This document shows positions 52,800 to 64,000 of a stretch of 64,000 bases of DNA, piece by piece; position 1 is the stretch's first letter; each line of letters starts with the position of its first letter. The notes beneath the pieces are model-generated. The model searched no databases, had not been told where the DNA came from, and worked only from the letters and a program-made list of their open reading frames with translations. The position numbers and the translations under genes are program-made. Where the stretch lies: the NCBI RefSeq assembly GCF_036321535.1, contig NC_087436.1, forward strand, positions 81,718,001 to 81,782,000. The letters run 5' to 3'. The DNA is from Camelus dromedarius. Its lineage: Eukaryota.

Positions 52800-53430
52800 A
52801 ATGATAATCATAGATACCCTTTATTGAGGGATAGTACATGCCATTTACTTTATATAATCCATTCTCATTATTTCCCTTTACCATGTTAGAAGTATTATAT
52901 CCTCATTTCACAGATAAAATAACTGATTCTCAAAAACTTTAAGAAACTCATCCAAGTTCATCTAGCCTCTAAGAACTGGGGCTAAGTTCCACAGTGTTCT
53001 CACTTTCCACGCTCTCTAATAATAGCCGTAGTTGTGTGGTTAGAGCAGGTGTTTAGGAGGCCACGTGGTTAAGCTTGAATTCTCACCACTTTATTTGCTA
53101 TGTGACTTTGTGCAAATGGTGCCTCATTTCATCATCTGGAAAATGGGGATAATAAAATCCATCCAAAGGTAAATGAATATGAATGAGGTAGTGCACATAA
53201 AGCAGTTAGTACAATGCCCAGTCCATAATTTAACACTATTAGTAGTATACTGGTTATAATTACCCATGATCATGCTTGAGCACATTTTATACATAAGAAA
53301 CAAGTACGGGTATTATTATCTTCATTTTATAGATTTTTTTTAAATGCTGAAACTGAAAGAAATGAAGTCACTTGGAGAAAACACATAACTGTAGGGCAGA
53401 GCTTGTTCTGCTCCAAAACCCATATCTTTC
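52800..53430. mobile_element. Three adjacent MIR fragments (-, +, -)
   Basis: cctcatttcacagataaaataactga; gtggttagagca..tgtgactttgtgcaa..ctggaaaatggggataataa; cttcattttatagat..gaaactga. Confidence 0.7.
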
Positions 53431-53619
53431 TAATACTGCAGAATATAGTGCACCAGAGACATTCTTTGGTATACTAGAGAGGATAAATTAAAAGGATAAA
53501 AGGTAGGAGGCAAGGAGTAGAATATTTAAAGAGGTTTCTGTAGAAATCTAAGAAAGAGATGTCAAGAGTCTGAAATAAGTAGTTAAGTGGAATAAAGGAA
53601 GTCAGCTGACATCAACTAG

Positions 53620-54350
53620 AGCAAAAATAAACTAATGGGACCTAATTAAACTTATAAGCTTTTTCACAGCAAAAGAAACCATAAACAAAACAAAAAGACA
53701 ACCTACGGAACCAAAGAAAATATTTGCAAATGATGCAGCTAACACAGGCTTAACTTCCACAATATACAAACAGCTCATGTAACTCAATAACAAAAAACAA
53801 ACAACCCAATCAAAAAATAGGCAGAAGACCTAAACAGACATTTCTCCAAAGAAATGGCAAATAGGCACATGAAAAAAATGCTCAATATCGTTAATTATCA
53901 GAGAAATGCAGATCAAAACTACAATGAGATATATCACCTCACACCAGTCAGAATGGCCATCATTAAAAAGTCCACAAATGATAAATGCTGGAGAGGCTGT
54001 GGAGAAAGGGGAACCCTCCTACACTGTCGGTGGGAATGTAGTTTGGTGCAGTCACTATGGAAAACAGTATGGAGATTCTTCATAAAACTAAAAATAGATT
54101 CGCCATATAATCCAGCAGTACCACTCCTGGGCATATATCTGGAGAAAACTCTCAGAAACTTAAATTATTTCAAGATAAAGCTTTTTAAAAAATTGAACTA
54201 ATGTACACTCTGGTGGGGCATGTTGATACTGGAGGAAGACTACGCATGTATGTGGGCAGGGGATACATGAGAAGTCTCTGTACCTTCCCCTCAATTTTGC
54301 TGTGAACCTAAAACTACTCTTTAAAAAATGTCAATTATAAAAAAAAAAAT
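53620..54350 (+). mobile_element. L1 ORF2 C-terminal fragment (to ~54152) followed by an older L1 3' tail
   Basis: Track [52 protein letters not shown] (CCHC region). Confidence 0.93.
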
Positions 54351-55261
54351 CAACAAACACAAAGACAAGAGAGGTAGAGGAGTTTTGGGTGATGTAAACT
54401 CTAAGCCTTGATTTTAAGGCAGATTCCTCAATAGTCTAAGGCTCAAATAATAACATCCTCAACTTACTGAGAGGAAGCTGGGACTGAGAGGCCGCAAGAT
54501 CTGAGGCTACCGGGCCCAGAAGAAAAGAAAGTGAGCCAAGTTCTTCCCGTGGCTCCACCTGCTGTCTTAATTGAGTCCCTTGGTAGACGAGCTCACTGAA
54601 GGAGCAGCAGCTCCCTCACACCATTCCCCACCTCCTCCCATTTCTGAAATGAGGCTCCGCTCAGATCATTATTCATCTCATTAAGGCTCCAATATACACA
54701 GTTCAGTAATATTGGCCAAATACATTGTCCTTTTGTTCTCTTGACACAACTGATAAAAAAAAAGAAACTAATGTAAGATGTCAACTGTCACCAGTTTTCC
54801 ACAACAATAAAGGAAATGACACTTTTTCATCAATGCCTAGTTTCAGCTTTAATAAGTATGATTCCTGGTTTTCTCAAGCTCCTTGCACACAATTTTATGA
54901 TTTGGATAACATCCTCTAACCCAGTTCCCCATCCAGATAAAGGGAGGGTATTAGCAGATCTAGATTACTGGACTGAGTTGAAATAATATTTAAGGCTGTC
55001 TTGTGCAACATTTAAAAATATGTTTGCAACACGTATCCTCTAATCAGCCACGCTCCTTTCCTCTATTACTTTTCCCTTTCCCAATAATTTCTGGTATTAA
55101 CTTTAGTTTCTGAGTCTGCCAGATTTCTTTTCACTGCACAATGGCACTCAGCCCAAGTTAGGGGCAGCCCCAGGAAAAGTTCTGAAGTAGACGTGTCCCC
55201 TTCTGCACACCCCTCTCTTCCCTTCTCCCCAGCCTGCAGCCTTCACAGCAGCCTAGAGTCC

Positions 55262-55776
55262 TATAGCAGATGGTAAAAACGGCATCAAATCTTTCCCTTC
55301 CCTGTGGCAGTGCAGATCCTCTCATCAAGAAAGAGATTCTATTTCTCCACCCTTTGAATTGAGTTTGGCCACGTGACCTGCCAAGTGAGACATTAGCGAA
55401 CCTGATGCAGAGCAGAGGCTTAAAAGTGCTTGTGCTTGCTCCCTTGCTGCACCTGGAAACCTGGAACCAACACTTCACAGGTCTGTTGTAACCTGTGAGA
55501 GAACAAGAGGCCAATAGAGGAGGACCAAGATACCCTAACAGCCAGCCAACCACCACGCATGTGAGGGAGGCCACCTGAGACCAGCCAACCCCCCCAGCGG
55601 ACCCCCCAATTTATCTAGAAGCAGCAGGTGACCACAGACTCATAGTAAGCCCAGCTAAGACTGGAAGGAAAACCACCAAGCTGATCCCACAGCTTAACCA
55701 TGGGCTAAATGATGACCGTTGTTTAAGCTGCTAAACCTTGAGGGAGTTGTTTGTGTGGCAACAGATTACTAATTCA
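55262..55776 (+). mobile_element. MaLR solo LTR, MLT1G/H-like
   Basis: ctatttctccaccctttgaattgagtttggcc; gttgtttaagctgctaaacc..gtggcaacagattactaattCA. Confidence 0.8.
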
Positions 55777-56781
55777 GTCTCAGATACCTCCAAGTGGGTA
55801 CTGCTCTCACCCTGTCTCCGGGGTGCCCATCTTCACCTCACTGTCACCCACTCCCAACCAAACAGCTGATCTTTTCTCCACCACCAAAATTCATTTGTTT
55901 CATGTGTTTTAGAACCTTAAAATCCTTGACTAAGTTGATAAACTAATATAAATTAATTAATGTACAAATATGAAATAATTAATCCTAATTAATGTAATTA
56001 ATGCATAATAAATAAGACACACACAGAGTCCCAAAAAGGGCCCAAAATAAGCCTTCTCACTGCTTCTGTCATTCTCTTGTGTAGCATTCTGGCTGATACC
56101 AGAAAGGAAAAACATCCTTCTGAAGCAGCAACTTGAGAATTCATGGGGTGTATCTTTTTTTCCCTACCAAGGAATAAAAGTTAACTCTCATTATATCCAC
56201 TAGAGATAAAGTCGGTTCAAATGTACCCAAGTTAAGAAATCATTGCTCTAACTCCTTATCTCCTCTCCTTCTAGTCAAATTTGAATGGTTTCCAAATGAG
56301 TCAATTAATCTTTCTCCACCAAAATCAACATATCTTGAGTACTTTCCAGCTCACTCTTTGAACAGATAAGCCCTTCAAAAGGCCCTTTTTCTATTCCTTT
56401 ATCAGTAGTCAATCCCCCACCTCCAATGTCAAAGTTTAACAAAACCTCCAGATAACAAGCCACGTATGGTTTACATACTCCCGATATATCAGCAAGTCAC
56501 AAAACATTCATTTAAGCCACGAAACTTGCCTCCTAACTATTCTACCATTGTTCTTTCTTCACTACATGTATACAATAAACTGCATATTGGACTCTTCTTA
56601 AAATTTATTCACTCATTCAGGAAATATTAGCTGAGTACTGTGTCACTAAAAACCTCCTTTTTCCTGGATTCATGATTCCATGAGTAAGAACTTCCACGAC
56701 GATAATTTCCCTGGCCTTCCCCTGGCCCACCCCTCACTCATTCCGTCCAAGGGAAAGAAAGGAAGTATATTTGGGAGAAAG

Positions 56782-57397
56782 TGTTACCGAACCAAACTTG
56801 GGTCCTCTCACTACCAATCCGCTGACACCAGGCGGTGGTGAAGGAAAGTACAGCACTGATTGCAGGGCGAAGCAAGAACAGGAAGCTTCTGCTCAAGAGA
56901 CCCAAACTTCCTGATGACTGAAGGAAGGGTTTTTAAAGGCCGTGTGAGGGACAGGGTCACAGGGAGCGTCATCAGCTTGTGCTCAATTTTATGATTGGTT
57001 GGTAGTGAGACAATAGGGTGATGTTTCAGGAATCTCAGGCACCAACTTCCTAGTTCTAATCTATCTGGGGTCTACATGCTGGTGGTCAGCATGCAGTTAA
57101 CTTCTTCCACCTGGTAGGGGTTTTAGTATCTGCAAAACAATGCAAGGATGTGGTTCAGGATATTATCTGTAGTCCTTGAGGAGGAACTAAGGGTCCTTGA
57201 CTTTGTTTTATGGCTAAACGATTACTATTTTGTCCTGCTTGACGGTTTGCCTTTGTTCATTTTCCCACTTCTCTGATTAAATTTACCCTTTGGAACTTGG
57301 GAAGTCCTTGGAGGCCAGAGTTTTTCTATAAACAAGAGGTGGGGGACACCAGGGGTCTATCCCCAAGAAGGTCCCACCAGAGTCCTGCTCGTTTTCA
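56782..57397 (-). mobile_element. ERV1-class solo LTR
   Basis: TG...CA termini; perfect 4-bp TSD AAAG (56778-56781 / 57398-57401); ends homologous to 1708-2191. Confidence 0.92.
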
Positions 57398-59249
57398 AAA
57401 GCCCTGTTTTATTTCAAAAGCAGACTTGGCAGAGGCTCTTCTGAGCCTCAGGTTTTCGTATCTGCCAGTGCAGGGAGGGCAGATCCTGGCTGATTCTCTA
57501 TCATGTGGTAAGTGTAGTGGGCCAGGTTCTGTTCTTACAAGGAGAATCCTACTATTTTAAATGATACATTCAATTAATGAGAGATTATTAGAAAGTCCAT
57601 TGTGAAGGTATATCTATGCAATATGCACTAATTCAACTTTTATTATTAAAAACAAAACAAAAATATAAAGCATCCTCTTGCTTTGATCTCCAGAGGCACA
57701 TGCACAAAGGCACTGGCCCTGGGAACAATCAGGGACTAAATCCAGCCCAGATTCTGCACACCAAGCCAGCTTCCCAGCACCTTTCTTTTAACCCATCCAC
57801 ACAGAAGCAGTCCCTCTTTACAATCATCTTCCAGGAGTGGGTGTTTTCTTCTAAGTCTTGTGTCCAAAGGAAGAAAAAGAAGATGCCTTTTTCTAATCTG
57901 AGCAGCAGCCTGTTGACTTCTAGCTGCCTGACTCCTTTGTCTATCTCTTAATTGGTTCCCAACTTAAGAAGGAAAGTAAGAAGTGTCATTAATTTAGTTC
58001 CTGAAATTCCAACACTACAATGTACCAGATATCGTGCTAGGTATTGGAGGGGTCGGGGGGAGAAGATGAGTAAGATAGAGTCCCTGACTTCCAAAAGCTC
58101 ACTGTCTAGCTAAATTCCCTAGGACCTCAAAACTACTGCTTGTTTGTTTTTGTCTGTCAGGAAAGATGCAGACCAGTCCCTGTGAATGTCTGCATTCTTG
58201 GCTCCCTCTCAGGGTCTTGAAGGATCTCCCAGGCATGAGTTGAGTTGTGTGGACCAGAGACTGGAATGGGGTACCACGATCACAAGGGTGACAGTGCTGT
58301 GATTGTTGAAAAATGGACACAAACAAATACAAGTTCCTTAAATGCAGGTGCATGACAAAGTTTACTTTCACACTAACAGCAACTCAGGGCAGGAGAGATG
58401 TGGCACAACCAAAGTGAGGGGCTCACATCCCTGCCAGACAGAGGCACCCACTTGGTCGATGATCACTAAGCATCTGGTGGGAAAGATCTACCATGTCCCT
58501 CGGGAAGCTCCTTTTTTGTCACTGCCATGGAGTTTTGTTATATCCTCCTGAGTCCACCCCAGTTCTGAAGACTAAGAATCTGCCTGTCCACCAGGGTTAC
58601 AAACCCCAGACACTGCTGCTTCCTGCCAGGATGGGTAAACCAAGGTCCACGTCCCAGGAGAGTGTCTCCCAGCAGCTCTGACTCAGGAACGCCCAGGTCT
58701 GCCCTGCAATCAGTAGGGAGACCCTATAACCAAAAGGATGAGAAGAGCTGGGACACAGCAGAGGTACTAAGGCCCAAAATGACAAGAAAGCTGTCTTGAA
58801 GGTAATCAAATCTGAAGCAGCCAGAAGCAAATTTCAAAGTGGCGTCAAATCCTAGAATCCTGGACCAAGTAAAAGGGACCCCAAACTACAATGTGGGAAC
58901 AACGAAAGGGGAAAGAGAAATACAAGAAAGAAGAGGATCCTGAGCAACTAGCCAGAGTAAGTAGAGACTATAGAGAGAGGTTTTTTAAACTTGTGTCTTT
59001 GTGCAAGTATGTTGATCCAGTAGGAGGTTAAGATCAATTGGACAGATAATAACTTATTTTGAAACCCCTCATGGGTAACATTCCTTTTTAAATTGTGGTT
59101 TTCAGGTGCCTTCATCTCAGAAGTAACAGATATTGTGATATATTTCCTGAACCAAAAGGCAAAACATACGATCTTACAGTGTGTCCAAATTGCTTCAAAA
59201 CCTAGTCGCCTTGGGAAAGCTGACTCCCATAGTAATTGTAGATATAGAG

Positions 59250-59440
59250 AGAGTACATACCTTTCCTGAGTGCCAAAAAAGTTCCCAGCATTTCTTTAAG
59301 CACTTTACATTAATTATCTCATTTAATCCTCACCCAAGAGGGAAAAATACTGAAATTAAGTGACTTGCCAAGGTCATGTGCATGGCGGTGCAAGAATCTG
59401 AACTTGTGAAGTCTGGCTCCAAAGCCCACACACTGCAAAG
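59250..59440 (-). mobile_element. MIR SINE
   Basis: taagcactttacattaattatctcatttaatcctcac...aagtgacttgccaaggtca..gtctggctccaaagccc. Confidence 0.8.
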
Positions 59441-60994
59441 CTAACAAGGGTAAAGGGATATTTTTATTCGGCCAGGGGAAGTGGGAAGAGTATTCTGCCC
59501 ACAAAGGATGCTTGGAAATCAGGTACCTACTTAGGGAAGAGAAGGGGAGAAGGGAGAGAGTTGGCCACAGCCCCTGATGATAAATGCTTCCTAAGAACTC
59601 TGCTTGCCCTACACTGCTCTGCCTGCTGGTGTCACAGGATCCCAACCTTCATCATTCCTTCTCAGGACCTACTGTCAGGGTAATTTGCATGCCTAGAATC
59701 TGTGAACGTATTCTTACTACTCTTACTCTGAGAAATATCCTCAGAAATAAACTCTGTGAACCAATTTCATACGTAAAAGTCTAAATCAAACTTCTCTCCT
59801 ATTAAGAAAAAACAGATATGCTTGCCATTAACAAACCACTATGTGCAGAAAATGAAATAACCTACTCATTGGGACTATATTACTTTGTTTGCTCTTTGTT
59901 TTTAAGAATCCCAGCTGAAAAGGAAGTGGTTAGAGACCCAAATTAGAAGCTGGAGAGGACATTCACACCTAGTCACAGTCCCTAGCCACATTCTATGTGT
60001 CAGGTAAAAAATAGACCACTTCTCGCCTTCAAGAAAAAAATAAGAATACTTGTACATACTTGAAAAATACAGAATAAAATTATAAGGAAAAGCATAAACC
60101 ACAACCCTACAAAGAGCTTTTCAAAGTCTAAGCATTAAAGTGACATACCTTCCTAATAAGAAATAAAAATAGATTAACTGGTCCCCTACATGCATCTACA
60201 TGCTTCAGTTGAGGATCATTCTTGCCAGACAATAAGGCCTAACGGGAAAGAACCCAGAACTAAAGCCCTGCTCACTCTCCCCCTTTACTCCCAGCCCACC
60301 CAGAAGGAAGCCACGTTAGGAAACCCCATCTTCTCATGACTTTCTCTTCAGTACTGTGTCCACCATGATGGTTGCTATGGATTATGATGACAGTTTTATG
60401 GGCCACCCTGCTGGACGGGAGATTCTGAAATTTTACCAAGAGAACGTGTGTATGTGTGTGTACTCCCTTCTACCTCTCCCTCAGTTCCCAAGAGAAGTGA
60501 CAGAGTGCCCCCAGGCCGGTCCTTCCTGAGCCAGCCTGCCACCCCCCACGCCACATGCTTCCCACAGGTGGGCTCCGCTCTGGGCTCTCTCTCCAGGTCT
60601 CTGGCTTCTTCCCCCATGCGGCTTGGTGATGGACATGCAGTCCATGCCTACCCCAACTAGGTTCTGAGACAAATGCTCTCTAGTTTTTTCCCCTCTATCT
60701 TGTGCTCCCCTCAGCCCCTTGTTGGCAGATGTGGAGTAACAGGAATAGGATTCAGACCCACGCTGTGGAGAAGTAAGCACAGCAGGCATTTAACCCCTTT
60801 TAGTCCTAAGATGCTCAGGCCTATGTAAAGAGTTCCTGGTGGGGTCCTATCTAGCTCATCGGAATTTTTCACTGAGGCTGGATCCAGTTATTTCTGGATC
60901 CCAGATCTAATATAATCAAAATGCCATCCTAATCACAACCCAGAGGCCCAACACCCTATTTTAAGAAATAATTTTAAGAGCCAGTAAGCAATTT

Positions 60995-61205
60995 TCATAT
61001 TCTCTTTCCCTCAGCCATGGTAACTGGCAAAGTTTCAGGTGCCGGCTCTACCATCAGCATGGCTCCAGGGGGGAGAGGCTTGAGCAGAACTTCAGTCAGT
61101 CCATGGTGGGCATGGAGTGTAAAGTGAGAAGTAAATTTTGTTGTCTAAGCCACTAGGATTTCACAGTAGTTTGTTACCCAGCACAACCTAACACAGTGAT
61201 TGATT
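60995..61205 (+). mobile_element. Old MLT1 (J-like) LTR 3' half
   Basis: gtgagaagtaaattttgttgtctaagccactaggattt..tttgttacccagcacaaccta. Confidence 0.7.
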
Positions 61206-62194
61206 GATGGTAGCAGTGGTGGCGGTTGTGTTTCAGGAGGATCCAGACCTAAGTGGTGACAGGGCACCACATTTGGTGTGTCAGACTCTATGACTGGCAA
61301 CACAGCCAGCACTGCCTCCTTGACAGTGGCCTAAGGGATAACTCAGACTGTGCTAGACGTCTTCAGGCCTCCCAGCAGACACCAACACCTTGGAAGCTGG
61401 AGTAAAATCTGCTCTCAGTGAAGAATCTGCTCAAGTCTCTTCTGAGAATATAAGACCCATGGCAAAGGGGTTCACCACTACTCCTGCAGTCTCAGGCCAG
61501 TGTTCCATCTGCTGGCACACATGATAATCCTGACGTCTACACTTTTGTCTACACGCATCTTACACATAAAGGGAAAACATGTCTCCCCTGATACTCCTCT
61601 CCCTTCCAGATGTTACAGGACCTTTAATATTCCCACTCTCATTGTTCAAAGAAGCAAGTGTTAGCAATTAAACAGGAGTTTTCACAGCCTTGAAAAAATA
61701 GTCATCCTGCCTGTTTACATTTCCAAGGACTTCACGAGGTGACGTCCTTCATTTTGAACATCAAAAATTGTTAGAAAATTCTTCCTTATAAAAGGCTGAA
61801 ACTTGCCTCCATAGTCTTTCTTTTTGTTCTAATTTTTAAAGTTTTGATCATTCTCTCTCTTGTAATTCTATTTTTTTCTAAGTTTCCTGTGAAGAGGTTA
61901 ATTAACCCTGGCAAGAAATGAGGATTTAAGGAAGTAGATTTAAAAGAGTTCACAGAAAAATATTCTCTCTCTAGGTCTTTGGAGTTTGTCCTGGATTCTG
62001 AGTCACATAACAGTCCAGAATAATTCCAGTGATGGGAGAAAAGCTGCCCCTACACAAATGGAATCAGACCAAGAGAGACTGAGGCAGGAAGCCAGCCTGG
62101 GCTGGCACAGAAGTCATTTTCCATGTACTGCTCTCTTTCCTTTATCTTTCTACCTTCAGTAAAAGATTGTTACTTGAAACAAGTCTATATTGGG

Positions 62195-62336
62195 CCCTTA
62201 AAACTCATTAGCCTGCAAACTCAGTGAAGGCAAGAACCGTGCTCTTTTTTTTTGCTTATTTTTCTATCAGCATTGCCTAGTCCTGAGCCCAGCAAATTAT
62301 TAGACACTCAATAGCTATATGCTGAATGAATGATGA
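62195..62336 (+). mobile_element. L2 3' end
   Basis: tagcctgcaaactcagtgaaggcaagaacc...gacactcaatagctatatgctgaatgaatga. Confidence 0.75.
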
Positions 62337-63184
62337 AGCAGCTATGTGGGAGATTAGAAAGTGGTCTAGGCTTATCTTGGGACTTCCAAGGGGAAATAAT
62401 TTAGTTTAAATTTTGCAAAAGGTCATGCCTCATTTCAGACTGACATCAGGGAGCAGGGAGGCTCAGTTTAGTGTGCTTGTGGGTAGGGAGAAGGAACACT
62501 GCATCAGAAGAGGGCAGTGAGGGAAGTCTGGCAGGTTGGCAGCATCCTGGGTCCACACGGACAGTGTGTTCACAGCAAGAATCCAGGGGAACACTAGGTA
62601 GGAAAGCAGTACTCAGCCTCGTTGGAACAAGCAGGGGAGTGACTTTCCACATGTGAGTGGAGGAGGGAAGACCGTTAGGGAAGGAATATATAGACCAGTC
62701 TCAACCTGTGAAGCTGAGTGGATGTGAAGATCAGGATCAATGTCTTCTTTTTCATCACTACTCCAACGTGCTACTACTCTAACTTTAAAATGCCTGACAA
62801 ATTTCAGGCATCGAAAACTGAGATGTTTGCTCACTTATCCTTAATTGATCTTGATACCATCTCAAGGAGCTGGATAATTTGAGCTTTTCCAACTCTCTTC
62901 CCAAATAAGCCCTGACCTGTAGTCGTCTTAGATCCCTTTCACTTAGATTGGAATTTAGGTCCAGATAAAACTAACCCAATTTCTTAGCGGTCCAAGAAAT
63001 CAAGGCTGACTGTGGTCTGAGCCAGACTTCCAGGGCTACTCTAACAACTTTAGGATGTGCCTCCAATGCAAAACAAAGCACAAAGTGAACCTGTCTTGGG
63101 TTGATGAGGGTTAGGGTTAGGTCTGATAGCCTGTATTCATTTACATAGCTAGTATTAAGGGGCACTGTAACCAATTTATAGACG

Positions 63185-63830
63185 TTTTTAATGTTTTATT
63201 ATGGAGAATTTAAAATACACTCAAAAGTAGATAAAATGATATAATGAATACCCAGGTACCCATCTGTGCCAACAAACATAAGCCCATGGCCAATTTTGCT
63301 GTATCTTCACCTCCATCTATTCCTTCTCCCCAGGGATATTGAAGTAGCTCCCAGATATCATATGATTTCACCTATAAATATTTCAGTGTGAATCTCAAAG
63401 ATAATATCTTGTCTTTAAATAGAACTAAAATACCATTATTACACACAAAAAAATTTTCTTGATAATATCAAACATGTATTGTCAGGTATTTGCCTCATAA
63501 ATTTTACAAATAGGTTTTTTTCACCATGCTTATTCTAATCAGGATCCAAATAAGGACCAGATACAGTAAATGACCGTAGTCTTTTGGGTCTCTTTTAATT
63601 TTCAGGCTCCACTTTCAATCCTCTTTTTTTAACTCTTGCAATTCATTTGTTAAAGAATTGTGCTTTTATTTCCTATAGAAGTCCTCGTAGTCTGAGTTTG
63701 ACAGATCACATCTCCTCAGTGTATTCTAACACGTTCTGTCCTCTGGATTCCCTGCAAATTGGTAGTTGGATCTACAGGTTTGATCGGATTCCAGTTTAAT
63801 TCTTTTTTTGCAATATATTAATTTCTATTA
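63185..63830 (-). mobile_element. Old L1M 3' UTR
   Basis: tttattatggagaatttaaaatacactcaaaagtag..catggccaattttg..tctaatcaggatccaaataagg. Confidence 0.75.
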
Positions 63831-64000
63831 AAAAAAAAAAAAAGCCCACCAGAATAATCTCAGTTTGGGTCAAAAACTTATTGACAAATTGTTTTTTCTA
63901 GAATTTGTACTAGAAGATGTGGAACAAAGCATCAAAAACTTTGAATTTGTAACTGGACATAGAGCTCTGGGTTTTATGGAAAAGAACATGCATACACACA

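Noticed and set aside
55158..55574. 138-aa minus-strand ORF
   Set aside because: Lies mostly antisense within an MLT1 LTR and starts at GTG

Overview
This is AT-rich, repeat-dense mammalian genomic DNA, not microbial. Three copies of a tRNA-derived SINE with a camelid-type head, plus the young L1 3' UTRs, point to a camelid (camel/alpaca/llama); this is recognition from memory, not a database search. Much of the window is layered retroelement debris: L1, L2, MIR, CR1/L3, MaLR and ERV LTRs, a decayed ERVL provirus (~16.2-20.9 kb) and an internally deleted ERV1 provirus (~27.9-29.8 kb). Many insertions are nested and have readable target-site duplications (TSDs). No ORF in the track is a recognisable intact cellular gene; the homologous ones are L1 ORF1/ORF2 or retroviral integrase remnants. 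I cannot support a new multi-gene system. The best leads are: (1) a candidate minus-strand spliced transcript with CCAAT/TATA-like promoter and a ~48-codon spliced ORF at ~49.5-51.6 kb; (2) a TSD-flanked, polyadenylated retrocopy of a transcript ending at an LTR poly(A) site (4620-5561); (3) a 52-bp locally templated insertion copied from 2.36 kb upstream; (4) candidate plus-strand 3' exons in the first 14 kb. Repeat subfamily names are by-eye calls, and boundaries without a TSD are approximate.
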